DNA of 64,000 nt from an uncultured Verrucomicrobiae bacterium (GTDB taxonomy: Bacteria; Verrucomicrobiota; Verrucomicrobiia; Chthoniobacterales; JAFAMB01), in assembly GCA_963837955.1 (NCBI GenBank), contig CAWIPH010000002.1:2880001-2944000 (forward strand), given 5' to 3'. This document shows, piece by piece, positions 17,554 to 28,405 of this stretch. The position numbers and the translations under genes were made by a program. The notes beneath the pieces were generated by a model. That model made no database searches. It worked only from the letters and a program-made list of their open reading frames with translations, and was not told where the DNA came from. How positions within the stretch are numbered: the first letter of the stretch is position 1; each line of letters starts with the position of its first letter.

Positions 17554-20172
17554 ATGGGAAACCTTTTCTTACTACACGACCGCCCCCATCTGTTTCGGGA
17601 GCGGAAAACGCAATTCGCCAGACGGTCTCTGCTGGTCCTTTCGATTTTCGGATTCAGTCTACTCAATGCTCTCGGGCAGAACGCGAGTCCCTCACCAAGC
17701 CCCGCTGGACCAGCCCAGGAGCTCAGCCAGATCATTGTTACGGCCGGCATTCCGATTGAAGAGACGGTCTTACCGACGATTGCTCCTACTGACTCCGTCA
17801 CCGGATTCGATCAGAACGTACTCGATACTCCGCGCAATGTGAGTGTGATCAGCAAAGCAGAGCTCGAGATTCGGCGAATGGAAGATATTAACAACCTGGA
17901 TCAATTCGCCTCCGGCGTGTACAGCCCGTCCATCTTCGGAGCACAGGGACTGCCGTCGATTCGGGGTGTCCCGAGTGAGCTGTACCAGAACGGCCAACGA
18001 TTACTCTACTATCGAAATAGTTTCCCACCCAGCTTCAATGGCACCGAATCGCTCGACATCGTGAAGGGCCCCGGCACGGCGATTTTCGGTCCATCGAGCA
18101 TCGGTGGCGGGGGCTACGTAAATTTCGTCACCAAAGAACCGTTCATGGACGCCTGGCACGGCAGTATCAGAACGACGATCGGAACTTTTGTTCCGGGAGG
18201 CGACTCTTACAAGAGCCAGGAATGGCAAGTGGATGTCAGTGGGCCGCTGATTAAAGACCAACTTGCGATCCGGGTTAGCTACTTCGGCCGAGAAGCCGAC
18301 AGCTATTATCGCTATCTGAAGGATGACGTGCAGGATATTTTTGTTTCCGTCTACTACACACCACTGAAATGGTTGACGTTTGACTACACTTTTCAATTCC
18401 TGGAATCGCGCTTCAACGAGAATGTTGGTATAAACCGAGTCACCCAGCAACTGATCGACAGCAACACCTATCTTTCGGGTCCCATCACGCCTCTTTTCTT
18501 CGGCGGTGTTGCCGGCCCTCCCTGGGCGGGATATGTGACACCGCTCGGACCAAAGGGCACCTATCTACCAAGCCAGTTTGTGCATATCCATAACTACGAC
18601 GTTCTGGAAGCTTCCAATGATTCCGCCTACGGGAAACATTATATTAGCCAACTCAGCGTGAAAGCCCAGGTTAGTGAGGATTTTCAAATCGTGGAAAAGA
18701 CCCTTTATGAGAATTTGGCGACGCGGAAGTTTTCTGGCTATGGCTATGATGAGTGGGCGCCCGTCAATCAAGTGATCGATTCCAGACTGGAACTCCATTG
18801 GGACTTTCACCTCTTCCAAAGTACGTCAACGGAAAACCATGGTTACGCCAAGGACGGTAAGACCCCGCTCGCGACGACCGTCGAGCATCCTGGAATCCTG
18901 AATCGCCTGGTTGGTGGCGTCGAGTATCGCCACGAGGATCATAAGGATTACCAGGACTTCAACAACGAGCCCTTCGCTGTCTACGATTTGTCGCGGGTCC
19001 CCTTCATGACCTTTCCGCCTTCGGTGGTACTAGCTGGTCACCAGATTCCCGGTTCCGCTTCTATCCCCGGGGGCGGGCATTATACCGGCGCCGGGCCTGG
19101 CCAAGCCGGCGCGGCTTTAGAATCACATCAGGATGACGTCGGATTCTTCATTCAAGATGAGCTCGACCTGACCAAGTGGCTCAGCGGATACGCTGGCTAT
19201 CGCTTAGACTATATTTCCGCCCAGTCCCGCTTTCCGGGGCTCGGCCCGACACTCGATGGTACGTCCGGCCCTATAGCGGCGACTCCCTCGAACGATCAAA
19301 GCGTTTGGAATCCCTCGATATTTGCGAGCATAACCGTCAAACCATTTTCGTGGTTGACCGGCTACGTGACCTACGATCGAACCACTGCAGTGGAGGGCAA
19401 CTCCAATTTCGGTGGCTTGCCGGCCAATTACACGAAGAAAAATCTTTCCAACAAAGTTGAGCTGTACGAGACCGGTCTCAAAGCTAGCCTGTTCAATAAC
19501 ACTCTGTTCGCTCAGTTCGTAAGTTATTACATGACGTACGACCGATACGACGTGAATAACAAAAGGCAGCAGATCCAGTCAAAAGGCATCGAGATGGAAG
19601 CTACTTACCAACCAAGTCGATGCTTCTTTCTCAGCGCCAATTTAACCTTTTCTCATACTCAATATGTCGGCCTGCAATCGACTGCTGGCGATCCGGGTGG
19701 AAACGTGATCTACACCCAAACCGGTGATTATCTGAATACGTTCACTCCGAGTTTTGTTGATACCAATGGTCACCGAGGCAACGGTGGCCCGACAAATCCC
19801 AATGGTGTCGGATTCAGCCCGAACTATCAAGGCTACGCTTCTCCTGTCTCCAGGACCGATTATAGTGGATTTCCGGGCATAATTTTCAATGCCTATGCTT
19901 ACTACCAATTGCCATGTGGCTTGGGTATGAGCATCGGTCCCCAGGTCACAGGTGAAATTTACGAGAATCCGCAGAAGACGCTGAGAATTCCGGCTCAGGT
20001 CACCTGGAATGCCTCGGTCTTCTTTAAACAGAAGAATTGGGAAGTTCAGCTTAATCTCTACAATTTCACAGATGAACGAAACTGGACACCGACTGATCCG
20101 TTTGCTCAGAACGATCTGATCTTTCCGAACGAACCCTTCAGCGCCGACTTATCCGTAAAATTGAAATTCTAA
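17554..20172 (+). CDS. TonB-dependent receptor
   Basis: Signal peptide, IIVTA TonB-box region, plug motifs (DTPRNVSVI, LDIVKGP...GGYVNFVTK), NFTDE near the end, terminal F. Confidence 0.92.
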   Translation: MGNLFLLHDRPHLFRERKTQFARRSLLVLSIFGFSLLNALGQNASPSPSPAGPAQELSQIIVTAGIPIEETVLPTIAPTDSVTGFDQNVLDTPRNVSVISKAELEIRRMEDINNLDQFASGVYSPSIFGAQGLPSIRGVPSELYQNGQRLLYYRNSFPPSFNGTESLDIVKGPGTAIFGPSSIGGGGYVNFVTKEPFMDAWHGSIRTTIGTFVPGGDSYKSQEWQVDVSGPLIKDQLAIRVSYFGREADSYYRYLKDDVQDIFVSVYYTPLKWLTFDYTFQFLESRFNENVGINRVTQQLIDSNTYLSGPITPLFFGGVAGPPWAGYVTPLGPKGTYLPSQFVHIHNYDVLEASNDSAYGKHYISQLSVKAQVSEDFQIVEKTLYENLATRKFSGYGYDEWAPVNQVIDSRLELHWDFHLFQSTSTENHGYAKDGKTPLATTVEHPGILNRLVGGVEYRHEDHKDYQDFNNEPFAVYDLSRVPFMTFPPSVVLAGHQIPGSASIPGGGHYTGAGPGQAGAALESHQDDVGFFIQDELDLTKWLSGYAGYRLDYISAQSRFPGLGPTLDGTSGPIAATPSNDQSVWNPSIFASITVKPFSWLTGYVTYDRTTAVEGNSNFGGLPANYTKKNLSNKVELYETGLKASLFNNTLFAQFVSYYMTYDRYDVNNKRQQIQSKGIEMEATYQPSRCFFLSANLTFSHTQYVGLQSTAGDPGGNVIYTQTGDYLNTFTPSFVDTNGHRGNGGPTNPNGVGFSPNYQGYASPVSRTDYSGFPGIIFNAYAYYQLPCGLGMSIGPQVTGEIYENPQKTLRIPAQVTWNASVFFKQKNWEVQLNLYNFTDERNWTPTDPFAQNDLIFPNEPFSADLSVKLKF

Positions 20173-20311
20173 AACGCTCGTCAGAGCGCTTGGCGCGTTT
20201 GGCCAATCGGCTTTGGGCGTGGGTTTTTATTCCGTAGGGATTTTGTGAAAGTAGCCCAGCCCGGCGGCCGCGCATACGCGTCAACATAAGAATGGTTTGC
20301 CTGCTCCATCG

Positions 20312-20438
20312 CCGGGAGGGCGCGCGTCCCCGCGCGCCGAGAAAACGATCTCTAACCTGGGGGACGCAATTTAACCCTTGGTATACAAACGCGCTTGGGT
20401 CCGGCCACAACGGATCGCGGGGACGCGATCCCTCCCCG
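20312..20438. repeat. Inverted REP-like doublet (REPIN-like)
   Basis: GGGAGGGCGCGCGTCCCCGCGCG and a downstream inverted copy CGCGGGGACGCGATCCCTCCC. Confidence 0.6.
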
Positions 20439-20584
20439 CCTTGGGTCTCGCGGCCGCGAGGCTGGGTAAGGGTTAGGAAAACGGGTCCGTCCCGCTAGGG
20501 CGACCGAGTACGAGATCGGGGCTCCATATGCAACTGCGCAAGGCCGGTTTGCGACCTTGGCCCTGCTCGAATACTCTAGATGCC

Positions 20585-21448
20585 GTGACGCCGGGCAGGA
20601 TCATCAGCAAATCGGGTGGAGAACTTCCATGTGGCTACTGGCAAAGCTTCCGGTGGCTGCCTCACCCGGAGCTGGCGATGCATATTCGCAGGTACAATGG
20701 ATATTTTGAAAGCTCGTCTCGACTCGTTCGACGTCGTGAACTGCCTTCTGGTGAAGTGGCGTTGATCATTTCTTTGGGTCCGCACTACCAGTTGGTTGAT
20801 CCGGTAACCGGGGATTCACTGGGTACTCTCCGGACCTTCGTCGCAGGGCTGGACGATACGTACAGTCTCGTTGATTCAGGGATACCTGGCGCTGCCATAC
20901 AGGTCGATTTTACTCCCATCGGCGCGCGTCAGCTGCTGCAACTTCCGATGCATCTGGTCTCAAAACGGACCACTGAGCTGAATGACCTGTTAGGCCGCGA
21001 AGCCGATCGCCTTATTCAACAGCTTTTCGAAGCTCCGGATTGGCATAGCCGATTTGTCACCTTAGACAATTTTCTGCTCTCGAAGCTTCGACGATCGGAA
21101 AAGCCATCGGACGAAATCCGTTGGGCTTGGCGACAGCTGGATCTCTCACGCGGAGCTATTCCAATCCAACAAATCACGGGTCGCCTAGGCTGGACTCGTA
21201 AACGGCTGATCAAGACTTTCCGGGATGAAATTGGTATCCCGCCAAAAGCTCTCGCCCGGGTTTTACGGTTTCGCCGGGCGCTAGAAGAGCTCAACTCTGG
21301 GAAAATCATCAGCGCCTCCCAGCTTGCCACCGAAAGCGGTTATAGCGACCAAGCGCATATGATCCGGGATTTCAAGGCTTTCTCCGGTTTGACACCGGTC
21401 GAACTGGTCCGCATCTATTCGCCGGATGCCGGGACTATCGACGTATAG
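20585..21448 (+). CDS. AraC family transcriptional regulator (DUF6597-type N-terminus)
   Basis: FRDEIGIPPKALARVLRFRRAL and GYSDQAHMIRDFKAFSGLTP motifs; start uncertain. Confidence 0.88.
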   Translation: MTPGRIISKSGGELPCGYWQSFRWLPHPELAMHIRRYNGYFESSSRLVRRRELPSGEVALIISLGPHYQLVDPVTGDSLGTLRTFVAGLDDTYSLVDSGIPGAAIQVDFTPIGARQLLQLPMHLVSKRTTELNDLLGREADRLIQQLFEAPDWHSRFVTLDNFLLSKLRRSEKPSDEIRWAWRQLDLSRGAIPIQQITGRLGWTRKRLIKTFRDEIGIPPKALARVLRFRRALEELNSGKIISASQLATESGYSDQAHMIRDFKAFSGLTPVELVRIYSPDAGTIDV

Positions 21449-23174
21449 GGGGAGAATTCAAGAAACGGAAATTTATGCACGCTAAGGTGCGATGTGCAGG
21501 CATCCAGTTGCGGACGGAGCGTTGTTTTGCCGCTGCTGTGTTCCGCAACTTCGGTCTATGCCTCGGCGAGAACTCCTAACGTCATCTGAACGAGAACAGC
21601 TGCTTGGGCTTCCGCACGATGATGGGGCGCTGCTCAGAGTCGCGAGTCTATCGAGAGAAGATCTTGCTTTTATCGGGCAGCATCGGGGAGATCATAATCG
21701 GTTGGGTGTAGGTATCCAACTGTGCTATCTGCGCCATCTCGGTCAGGTGCTCGGTCCCGACGAGGTGCCTCACGCAAAGCTCCTGGGCCTAGTTGCACCC
21801 CAGCTTAAGGTTTCTCCAGGTGTCTGGGATCTACGCCAATCGCGATCAGACACGGCGCGAGCATTTACAAGAGATCTTGGACCGCCTGGGCCTCAAGCAA
21901 TTTGACCGGGTCGCTCACCGAGAGATCGCGAAATGGTTACTGCCAACCGCGTTGCAAACGACGCAAGGTCTCGTGCTTGCTCAAGCTGTCATTGAGGAAC
22001 TTCGAAGGCGTCGCATCGTCTTGCCACCGGTTCTGGTGATCGAGCGGGTTTGCGCGGAAGTCGCCACCCGGGCGCAGCGTTACGTTCATAGAGCGCTGAC
22101 TGAGTCGCTGACCGATGAGCAACGCAGAAAGCTCGACCAATTATTGGAGTCACCGAATCCCTTTCGCAGTGCACTGGGGCGAGGGAACTACCTCCTCTTC
22201 CGACGGACAGCGTTATCGTGCTGGCGGCCGCGGAGAAGCGGCCGCCGAAATAAACGCCCGTTACGGCAGTGACCCGAGTGTCGCCTTTTACACCCATATC
22301 TCCGATCAGTACGCGCCCTTCCACACCAAGGTTATCAACGTGACAGTTCGGGACGCGACCCACGTTCTGGACGGTCTGCTCTACCACGAATCTGACTTAC
22401 GTATTGAGGAGCACTACACCGATACGTCCGGGTTCACCGACCACGTCTTTGCGCTCTGCCATTTTCTGGGATTTCGTTTTGCTCCGCAGATACGTGATCT
22501 TGTAGACAAGAGACTTTATGTACCCGGAAAACCGGGCCAGTGGCCTGCGCTTGCGCCTTTGATCGGCGGTTCACTAAACCTCAAGCTAATCGAGCAACAC
22601 TTTCTTGAGATTTTGCGCTTGGGCGCATCGATCAAGTGAGGAACGGTTACCGCATCGCTGATACTACGAAAGCTTGGATCATATCCGCGGCAGAATAGCT
22701 TGGCGCTTGCACTGCGCGAGCTAGGGCGCATTGAGCGGACCTTATTTACGCTGGAATGGCTCCAAAGTCCGGAGCTGCGGCGACGCGTCCAGGTCGGCCT
22801 TAACAAAGGAGAAGCACGCAACGCCCTTGCGAGAGCGGTTTTCTTCAATCGAATTGGGCGAAATCCGCGATCGTTTCTTCGAAAATCAACGTTATCGAGC
22901 CAGCGGTTTGAACTTGGTAGTTGCCGCCATCGCTCTGTGGAACACAATGTACCTTGAGCGCGTGATTTTGGCTCTGCGGCAGCAACAGCCGGTCGACGAT
23001 ATTCTGCTAAAACATCTGTCACCGCTGGGCTGGGAGCATATTAATTTGACCGGAGACTACGTTTGGCACGCCAACAAAAGAGTCGCCGCAGGACGTTTTC
23101 GGCCACTTCGATTCCGAAGTATACAAAAGGCCCAGTCTTAACGTGCATAAATTTCCGTTTCTTGACTTCTCCCC
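21449..23174 (+). mobile_element. Internally deleted Tn3-family IS-like element (left module)
   Basis: 38-bp IRs GGGGAGAATTCAAGAAACGGAAATTTATGCACGCTAAG (21449-21486) and 23137-23174 (2 mismatches) around a broken tnpA; no resolvase. Confidence 0.9.
21558..23141 (+). pseudogene. tnpA: Tn3-family transposase pseudogene
   Basis: MPRRELL N-terminus joined near 22150 to [12 protein letters not shown]...HYTDT...[15 protein letters not shown]...[14 protein letters not shown]. Large internal deletion, frameshifts and a stop at 22637. Confidence 0.9.
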
Positions 23175-23205
23175 TAATTGGCATGCCCGGAATTGAAAAG
23201 CACCT

Positions 23206-23380
23206 CGGCTCCTCTCGCAAATCGGGCGGATTCTGGAAATCAATCAGCTCGTCACGGTCACCGCCCCTGTCGTCGACGCAGCGCGTGAGAGCCTGGTAAT
23301 CGGCACAGTTTGAGATTGAGATCCCCGTCCCAGAATGAGACAGCTCATTGTCAGTTTGAGACTAGATTTTTAACGCTACT
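23206..23380 (+). pseudogene. Possible C-terminal fragment of a transposon AAA ATPase (TniB/ExeA-like) plus end sequence
   Basis: Frame 1 reads RLLSQIGRILEINQLVTVTAPVVDAARESLVIGTV* (23206-23313), followed by repeated TGAGA(C/T) motifs. Recognised from memory of the family, not searched. Confidence 0.45.
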
Positions 23381-23471
23381 CAGCGGGCCCCATCGAATCG
23401 GAGGGCTATTGCTCCAGCCGTCCCCGAGCATAAAACGTGCTGCTCGATTGGATATCCCCCACTCAGACCAA

Positions 23472-25922
23472 ATGCCAGGCATCCTATCACATTTGCGTTA
23501 CTCCGCGCGCCAGCTCCTCAAAGCGCCAGGCTTCACAATTACGGCGATCCTCATCCTCGGCTTCGGAATCGGCGCTAACACGGCGATCTTTAGCCTGATC
23601 GATTTCGTTCTTCTTAAGCCGCCGCCGTACCCACGGCCTGAGAGGATGGCTAACGTTTCTATGCCCTGTGAGCACGCGCCCGATGGTTTTTTTGACTATC
23701 CCGACTATCTTGATTACGTCGCTAGCCAACATACCTTTAGCGCTCTGGGATTATCGGTCTGGGAGTGGCTGGACGTGGCGAAGAACGGAAATGCTGAACG
23801 CATCAAATGCAGCTTTGTAACCGCCAGTGCGTTTCAGGCTTTTGAAGTCCCTATTATCATAGGCAGACCGTTCACCGCGGAAGAGGAACAACCGGGGGGA
23901 CGATTATTGGCTGTTATCAGTGAACCCTTCTGGCGAACCCATTTCAGCGCGGATCCAAATGTCATTGGTCAGAATATCGTTCTGAACGGGTACCCTTTTC
24001 AGATCATTGGGGTGTCTCAACCGATTAACAGTGAATATAATGATCCCCCAAAAATCTTACTGCCGTTAAACACGGTGGATGTGGTTTGCCAATGGGGCAA
24101 CTGGCGCGGGCGAGACAATCATTCCCTGTTTTGTGTGGGACGCTTGAAGGACGGTGTTACCCTGGCTCAAGCCCAGGCCGATCTTGAAGTCATCCAGCGT
24201 AATTTGGTGGCTCGTTATCCGGAAGACAAAGGCTACGGGATCCGCGTCGACGGCACTTATTTTGCCGAGACGAAACCGTACAGCGCGACTCTATGGCTGC
24301 TGATTGGCGCAGCGGCGGGACTGCTTCTGATCTCGACGACCAACGTCGCGACTCTTCTGCTGGCCAGAGCATCTGACCGCCAGCGAGAGATGATGATCCG
24401 AACCGCGATGGGAGCCTCGCGGTTTCGCTTGATAGTTCAGTCGCTTCTCGAGAGCGCCTTACTCTCCTTGATGGGCGGGTTATTTGGGATCCCGGTCGCC
24501 CTGTTGGGTATTCAGCTCATGAAGTGGCTCAGTCCTGAAGATATGCCTGGTGTTATCGACCTTTCTCTGAGCCCAGAGGTACTCGGAATTTTCTTTATCG
24601 TGTCGATGTTCACGGCGCTCGCAGCAGGGCTGTTCCCGGCGCTGCTGTCCTCGAAAACAAATGCCGGGACCGCGCTCCGAGGCGCGGGTGACCGCGGTAA
24701 CACAGCTGGACCGCAGCATCGGCTGGCCCAATCGATGATGATGGTCGGCCAGATCTCGCTTGCCTGTGTCCTGCTGATCGGTACTGGATTGCTCGTTCGA
24801 AGCTTCCAGGCTGCACAGGATATTCCGCTGGGATTCGATCCGCACAACGTGCTGATGGCCGAAATCCATTTGATGAATAAGAAGTATCGCGACCAAGCGC
24901 AGGCTGACAGTCTATTCGCTGCGCTCCTGGAAGAGGCCCGCCATCTACCGGGGGTGACGGCGGCTGCCCTTAGTGATAATCCGTTTTGCTTCGTCTGGTT
25001 TCACGATGTTGGTCAACCGTTTACTGTCCCAGGTCAGCCCCTTCCCGAACCGGGGCACGAACCCCGGCTAAATTTGGAGCTGGTTACGCCAGGTTACTTC
25101 AATGCTATGCAAATTTCGCTGCTTGAAGGACGTGATTTTGATGAGATCGATAAACGTCCCTCCGACCAGCGTTTCCAAAATCCTGGTATCATTATCAGCC
25201 GCGCGTTAGCCGAAGCATTTTCCCCCGGCCGTAGCCCCATCGGAAAACAGATAGAATTACCCGCGTCTTACATGGAGGCAAAGACCTACACCGTCATTGG
25301 CGTTGTGGGGAACACGCGACACGCCGGGCTGGATCAGCCTTCGCCAAAGTTCAGTGCCTTTTGTCCCTATTACCAACATCTTACTAATTACCAAGTCCTA
25401 GTCTTGCGGTCGGCCAATGATCCGCGCGGCCTGTTGCCGGCGCTGCGAAGAATCATTGCCTCGATTGACCCCGATCAGCCGCTGGGCAAGGTGATAACCC
25501 TCGATGATGCCGTTGCGCAAGGCCTCGGCGCCAGGAAGTTGACGGCGCTGTTAGTCACCATTTTCTCTGGCACCTCATTATTCCTATCGGCCGTCGGTCT
25601 ATATGGCGTCTTGGCCTATATGGTGAGTCAGCGAACTCGCGAAATCGGTGTCCGTATCGCAATCGGTGCGCTCTCCTGGCATATTCTGATACTGATACTC
25701 AAACGGGGATTCACGATTGTTGGGTTAGGAATTGTTATCGGATTGTTAACCGCTCTTGCCCTTAGTGATTCTCTGGCAGGCCTGCTCTATGGCGTTGGCA
25801 GTAACGATCCAACTACAATTGGGCTAAGCATTTTGATCCTTTGTTTGGCCGCGCTAGTCTCCTGTCTGTTACCCGCCCTGCGCGCTATCCGAATTAATCC
25901 GGTGACAGCGCTGCGTGAATAG
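23472..25922 (+). CDS. ABC transporter permease, duplicated MacB/FtsX (ADOP-type)
   Basis: LRYSARQLLKAPGFT...GIGANTAIFS; two FtsX domains; QRTREIGVRIAIGA; ends PVTALRE. Confidence 0.92.
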   Translation: MPGILSHLRYSARQLLKAPGFTITAILILGFGIGANTAIFSLIDFVLLKPPPYPRPERMANVSMPCEHAPDGFFDYPDYLDYVASQHTFSALGLSVWEWLDVAKNGNAERIKCSFVTASAFQAFEVPIIIGRPFTAEEEQPGGRLLAVISEPFWRTHFSADPNVIGQNIVLNGYPFQIIGVSQPINSEYNDPPKILLPLNTVDVVCQWGNWRGRDNHSLFCVGRLKDGVTLAQAQADLEVIQRNLVARYPEDKGYGIRVDGTYFAETKPYSATLWLLIGAAAGLLLISTTNVATLLLARASDRQREMMIRTAMGASRFRLIVQSLLESALLSLMGGLFGIPVALLGIQLMKWLSPEDMPGVIDLSLSPEVLGIFFIVSMFTALAAGLFPALLSSKTNAGTALRGAGDRGNTAGPQHRLAQSMMMVGQISLACVLLIGTGLLVRSFQAAQDIPLGFDPHNVLMAEIHLMNKKYRDQAQADSLFAALLEEARHLPGVTAAALSDNPFCFVWFHDVGQPFTVPGQPLPEPGHEPRLNLELVTPGYFNAMQISLLEGRDFDEIDKRPSDQRFQNPGIIISRALAEAFSPGRSPIGKQIELPASYMEAKTYTVIGVVGNTRHAGLDQPSPKFSAFCPYYQHLTNYQVLVLRSANDPRGLLPALRRIIASIDPDQPLGKVITLDDAVAQGLGARKLTALLVTIFSGTSLFLSAVGLYGVLAYMVSQRTREIGVRIAIGALSWHILILILKRGFTIVGLGIVIGLLTALALSDSLAGLLYGVGSNDPTTIGLSILILCLAALVSCLLPALRAIRINPVTALRE

Positions 25923-26154
25923 CCAATAGCCCAGAAAAACTCACGCAAAGCCCCAAAGACGCCAAGGAAAGATGAGATCCAGAATAGCCGCAAAAAGCGC
26001 AGAGAACGCAAAGAAAAGGAGTTCGAGGAGTTGCAGGAGTTCAGTAGCTCGCGAACTCAGTCGGGAAAAGTCGTGACTTCCAGCTCCTAAACTGATCACT
26101 AACCCCCTGATTACTGGCTTTTTCCACCAATCACCAATCACCTCTCACTTCTAA

Positions 26155-26310
26155 CGAACGCAGTCCGCCCTTGTGGCCGGTCAAGTAGCATTAGCCTGTC
26201 TGCTCTTAGTTGGCGGGGGGTTGTTCATTCGCAGTTTTCAGAACATGCAGAGCCTGCCGCTTGGTTTTAACCCGCATCATCTGCTCACCGCGGATATCAC
26301 CGTAACATTG
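26155..26310 (+). pseudogene. Fragment of a second ADOP-type permease
   Basis: RTQSALVAGQVALACLLLVGGGLFIRSFQNMQSLPLGFNPHHLLTADI parallels the middle of the upstream permease; no N- or C-terminus. Confidence 0.75.
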
Positions 26311-26634
26311 ATTCGCGACGCTTCGGCTGGGCCACAATCCAGTTCTTGGTCACGTAATTCTATTTCTATAACGGCTTAATTTATATTCGCTGCAGTTGTG
26401 TTTTCCGCAGTCTACTTGGTGCGTTTCAATGAACTAGAGATCTCGCCTTGGGGACTCGTATTTCTCTCCGCCATGCTGTTTTCTATATTCTGCTTCACGC
26501 TTGAACTCGAGCGGCTTGGCAGAGCGTTAGTCGAGCGCAAAGAGGGTTCCTGAGCACAGCGCGAGGAGTTAACTGCCAATCGTCTTCCCGTTAATAATCG
26601 CTTCGCGGCACACCCGACTAAGACGGACTCAAAC

Positions 26635-27369
26635 TCAAGAATTAACTAATTCTACCTTCCCTGTGTGAAGATCATAAACGCCACCCACGATCTTCAATTT
26701 CTTTTGGCTGACGGCCTCGCTTAGAATAGGACCGGTGATTTGGAGCTTTTGGACCGTTAATAGCACATTCTCTTTAATGGCGTTCGCCAGTAGGTCTCCG
26801 GGTTGATTGAGAACGGCTTTAACTGCGGGCGTGATGGCATTCGTAAACGACGGCATGTGCCCGGGAAACGAGGTGCCGTTTTTTACTTGCTTGATCGTTG
26901 CAGTCACAGCGCCGCAAGACCCATGGCCAAGAACAAATATTAGGGGCGTGCCAAGAGCGCTTACGGTATATTCAAAGCTCGCAATCGAATCTGTGTTGGC
27001 AAAATTGCCGGCTAGCCGGCAAACGAAAACGTCTCCGAGGCCGGTATCGAAGGCGTATTCAGGCCCAATCCGTGAATCTGCGCAACTGAGGACTCCAGCG
27101 AAAGGGTTTTGGCCTAGAGTTAAAGCGGGACGTTCCGCGATAAAGTCGTGACGGCGCATGTTGGCTTTAACATAGCGGTGATTGCCTTCCATCAGGCGAT
27201 CCAAAGCTTGGTCAGGGGAGAGCGCGTTTTGAGGTTTAGGCGGCGCACCTTTTTCAGCCGCTCGAACACTAAGTGGAGCGGCTAATGCCGCGCCCAAAAG
27301 TGCCAGGAACTTGCGGCGAGGTAAATGAACGCGGCCGGTAGGTAACGATTTTTCACATGATGTACACAT
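26635..27369 (-). CDS. Beta-class carbonic anhydrase with Tat signal
   Basis: RRKFL leader; LSCADSR and LGHGSCGA zinc motifs. Confidence 0.93.
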   Translation of the reverse strand: MCTSCEKSLPTGRVHLPRRKFLALLGAALAAPLSVRAAEKGAPPKPQNALSPDQALDRLMEGNHRYVKANMRRHDFIAERPALTLGQNPFAGVLSCADSRIGPEYAFDTGLGDVFVCRLAGNFANTDSIASFEYTVSALGTPLIFVLGHGSCGAVTATIKQVKNGTSFPGHMPSFTNAITPAVKAVLNQPGDLLANAIKENVLLTVQKLQITGPILSEAVSQKKLKIVGGVYDLHTGKVELVNS

Positions 27370-27527
27370 GAGAAGGGGAAATTTGCGCGGATTATGCGAA
27401 GCAGCTTCCGCGATGTAAAGAGCGTAATGGGCTGGATTTCGGGAAGTCCCTTTGATACACGCTAATTCAGAATAGGTTATTATTTCGACCCCTCCAGAAA
27501 CAACTTTTTAAAAGCGCATCTGCTTCC

Positions 27528-28085
27528 ATGAAAATCAATTCCTCTCTTGCCCCCATTTTTTTAGCCGTCGCTTCAGTCACTTTCGTGCCGGGTAACACCC
27601 ATGCTGCCAGTGCGGCAGTACTCGAACAGAACGCAAAAGCGGCTCTGCGTGTCCTCTACGCCACCAATCCGAAAGCGGAGGCTATCGGCAAACAAGGTAA
27701 GGCGGTCCTCGTGTTTCCAAACGTAGTAAAGGGCGGGTTTTTAGTCGCGGCGCACCGCGGAGATGGAGCTCTCCTAGTCAACGGAAGGGCGGTCGCTTTC
27801 TACAACGTCGTGGGTGGCTCTTACGGTCTTCAGGCCGGCGTTCAAAAATCCAGCTATGCGATGTTTTTTATGAACGACGCTTCCCTGAACTATCTTAAAA
27901 AAAGTGGCGGATGGGAAGTTGGCACGGCTCCCAGTTTGGTTGTGGTTGATTCCGGGGTTGCAGGCTCGCTTTCGACCACCACCCTTAACAAGGGTATTTA
28001 CGTTTTCTTTTTCAATCAGAAGGGCCTGATGGGCGGACTAGGATTGCAAGGAACAAAGGTTACCCAATACACGCCAAGCAAGTAG
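27528..28085 (+). CDS. YSC84/SYLF-related lipid-binding secreted protein
   Basis: AVLVFPNVVKGGF...GDGAL...GSYGLQAG...QKGLMGGLGLQGTK pattern; signal peptide. Confidence 0.85.
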   Translation: MKINSSLAPIFLAVASVTFVPGNTHAASAAVLEQNAKAALRVLYATNPKAEAIGKQGKAVLVFPNVVKGGFLVAAHRGDGALLVNGRAVAFYNVVGGSYGLQAGVQKSSYAMFFMNDASLNYLKKSGGWEVGTAPSLVVVDSGVAGSLSTTTLNKGIYVFFFNQKGLMGGLGLQGTKVTQYTPSK

Positions 28086-28249
28086 GCATGACTATCGCAA
28101 CCGTGGTGGGTGTCTTCCTGGTTCCGGTTTGTTACGTCTTTGTCCAGGGGATCAGTGAGTTCGGGAAAAAACCGGCTCCGGACGTTTCGCCGCCAGAAAG
28201 GAGTCTGCCCCACCACCAGCTACCGCCCACGGAGCGGCGCATTAATTGA
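28085..28249 (+). pseudogene. C-terminal fragment of an RND efflux permease
   Basis: GMTIATVVGVFLVPVCYVFVQ resembles the last TM helix of AcrB-family proteins. Confidence 0.6.
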
Positions 28250-28405
28250 CGGACGGCAGCGATCGAATCGTGGCCGAGCGCGCCCCGACTGTGCGGATAC
28301 TCCGACAATAAACCAATGGCCGCGACGCGACGTCGGACAGACCGTCTTAGTTGCCGCGCGATGAACTGAAAGCATGCGGCAAATTCACGCCTGAAGAAAC
28401 AACCG

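Noticed and set aside
21449..23174. Autonomous active transposon
   Set aside because: tnpA has a large internal deletion, frameshifts and a stop; there is no resolvase and no TSD around this module alone.
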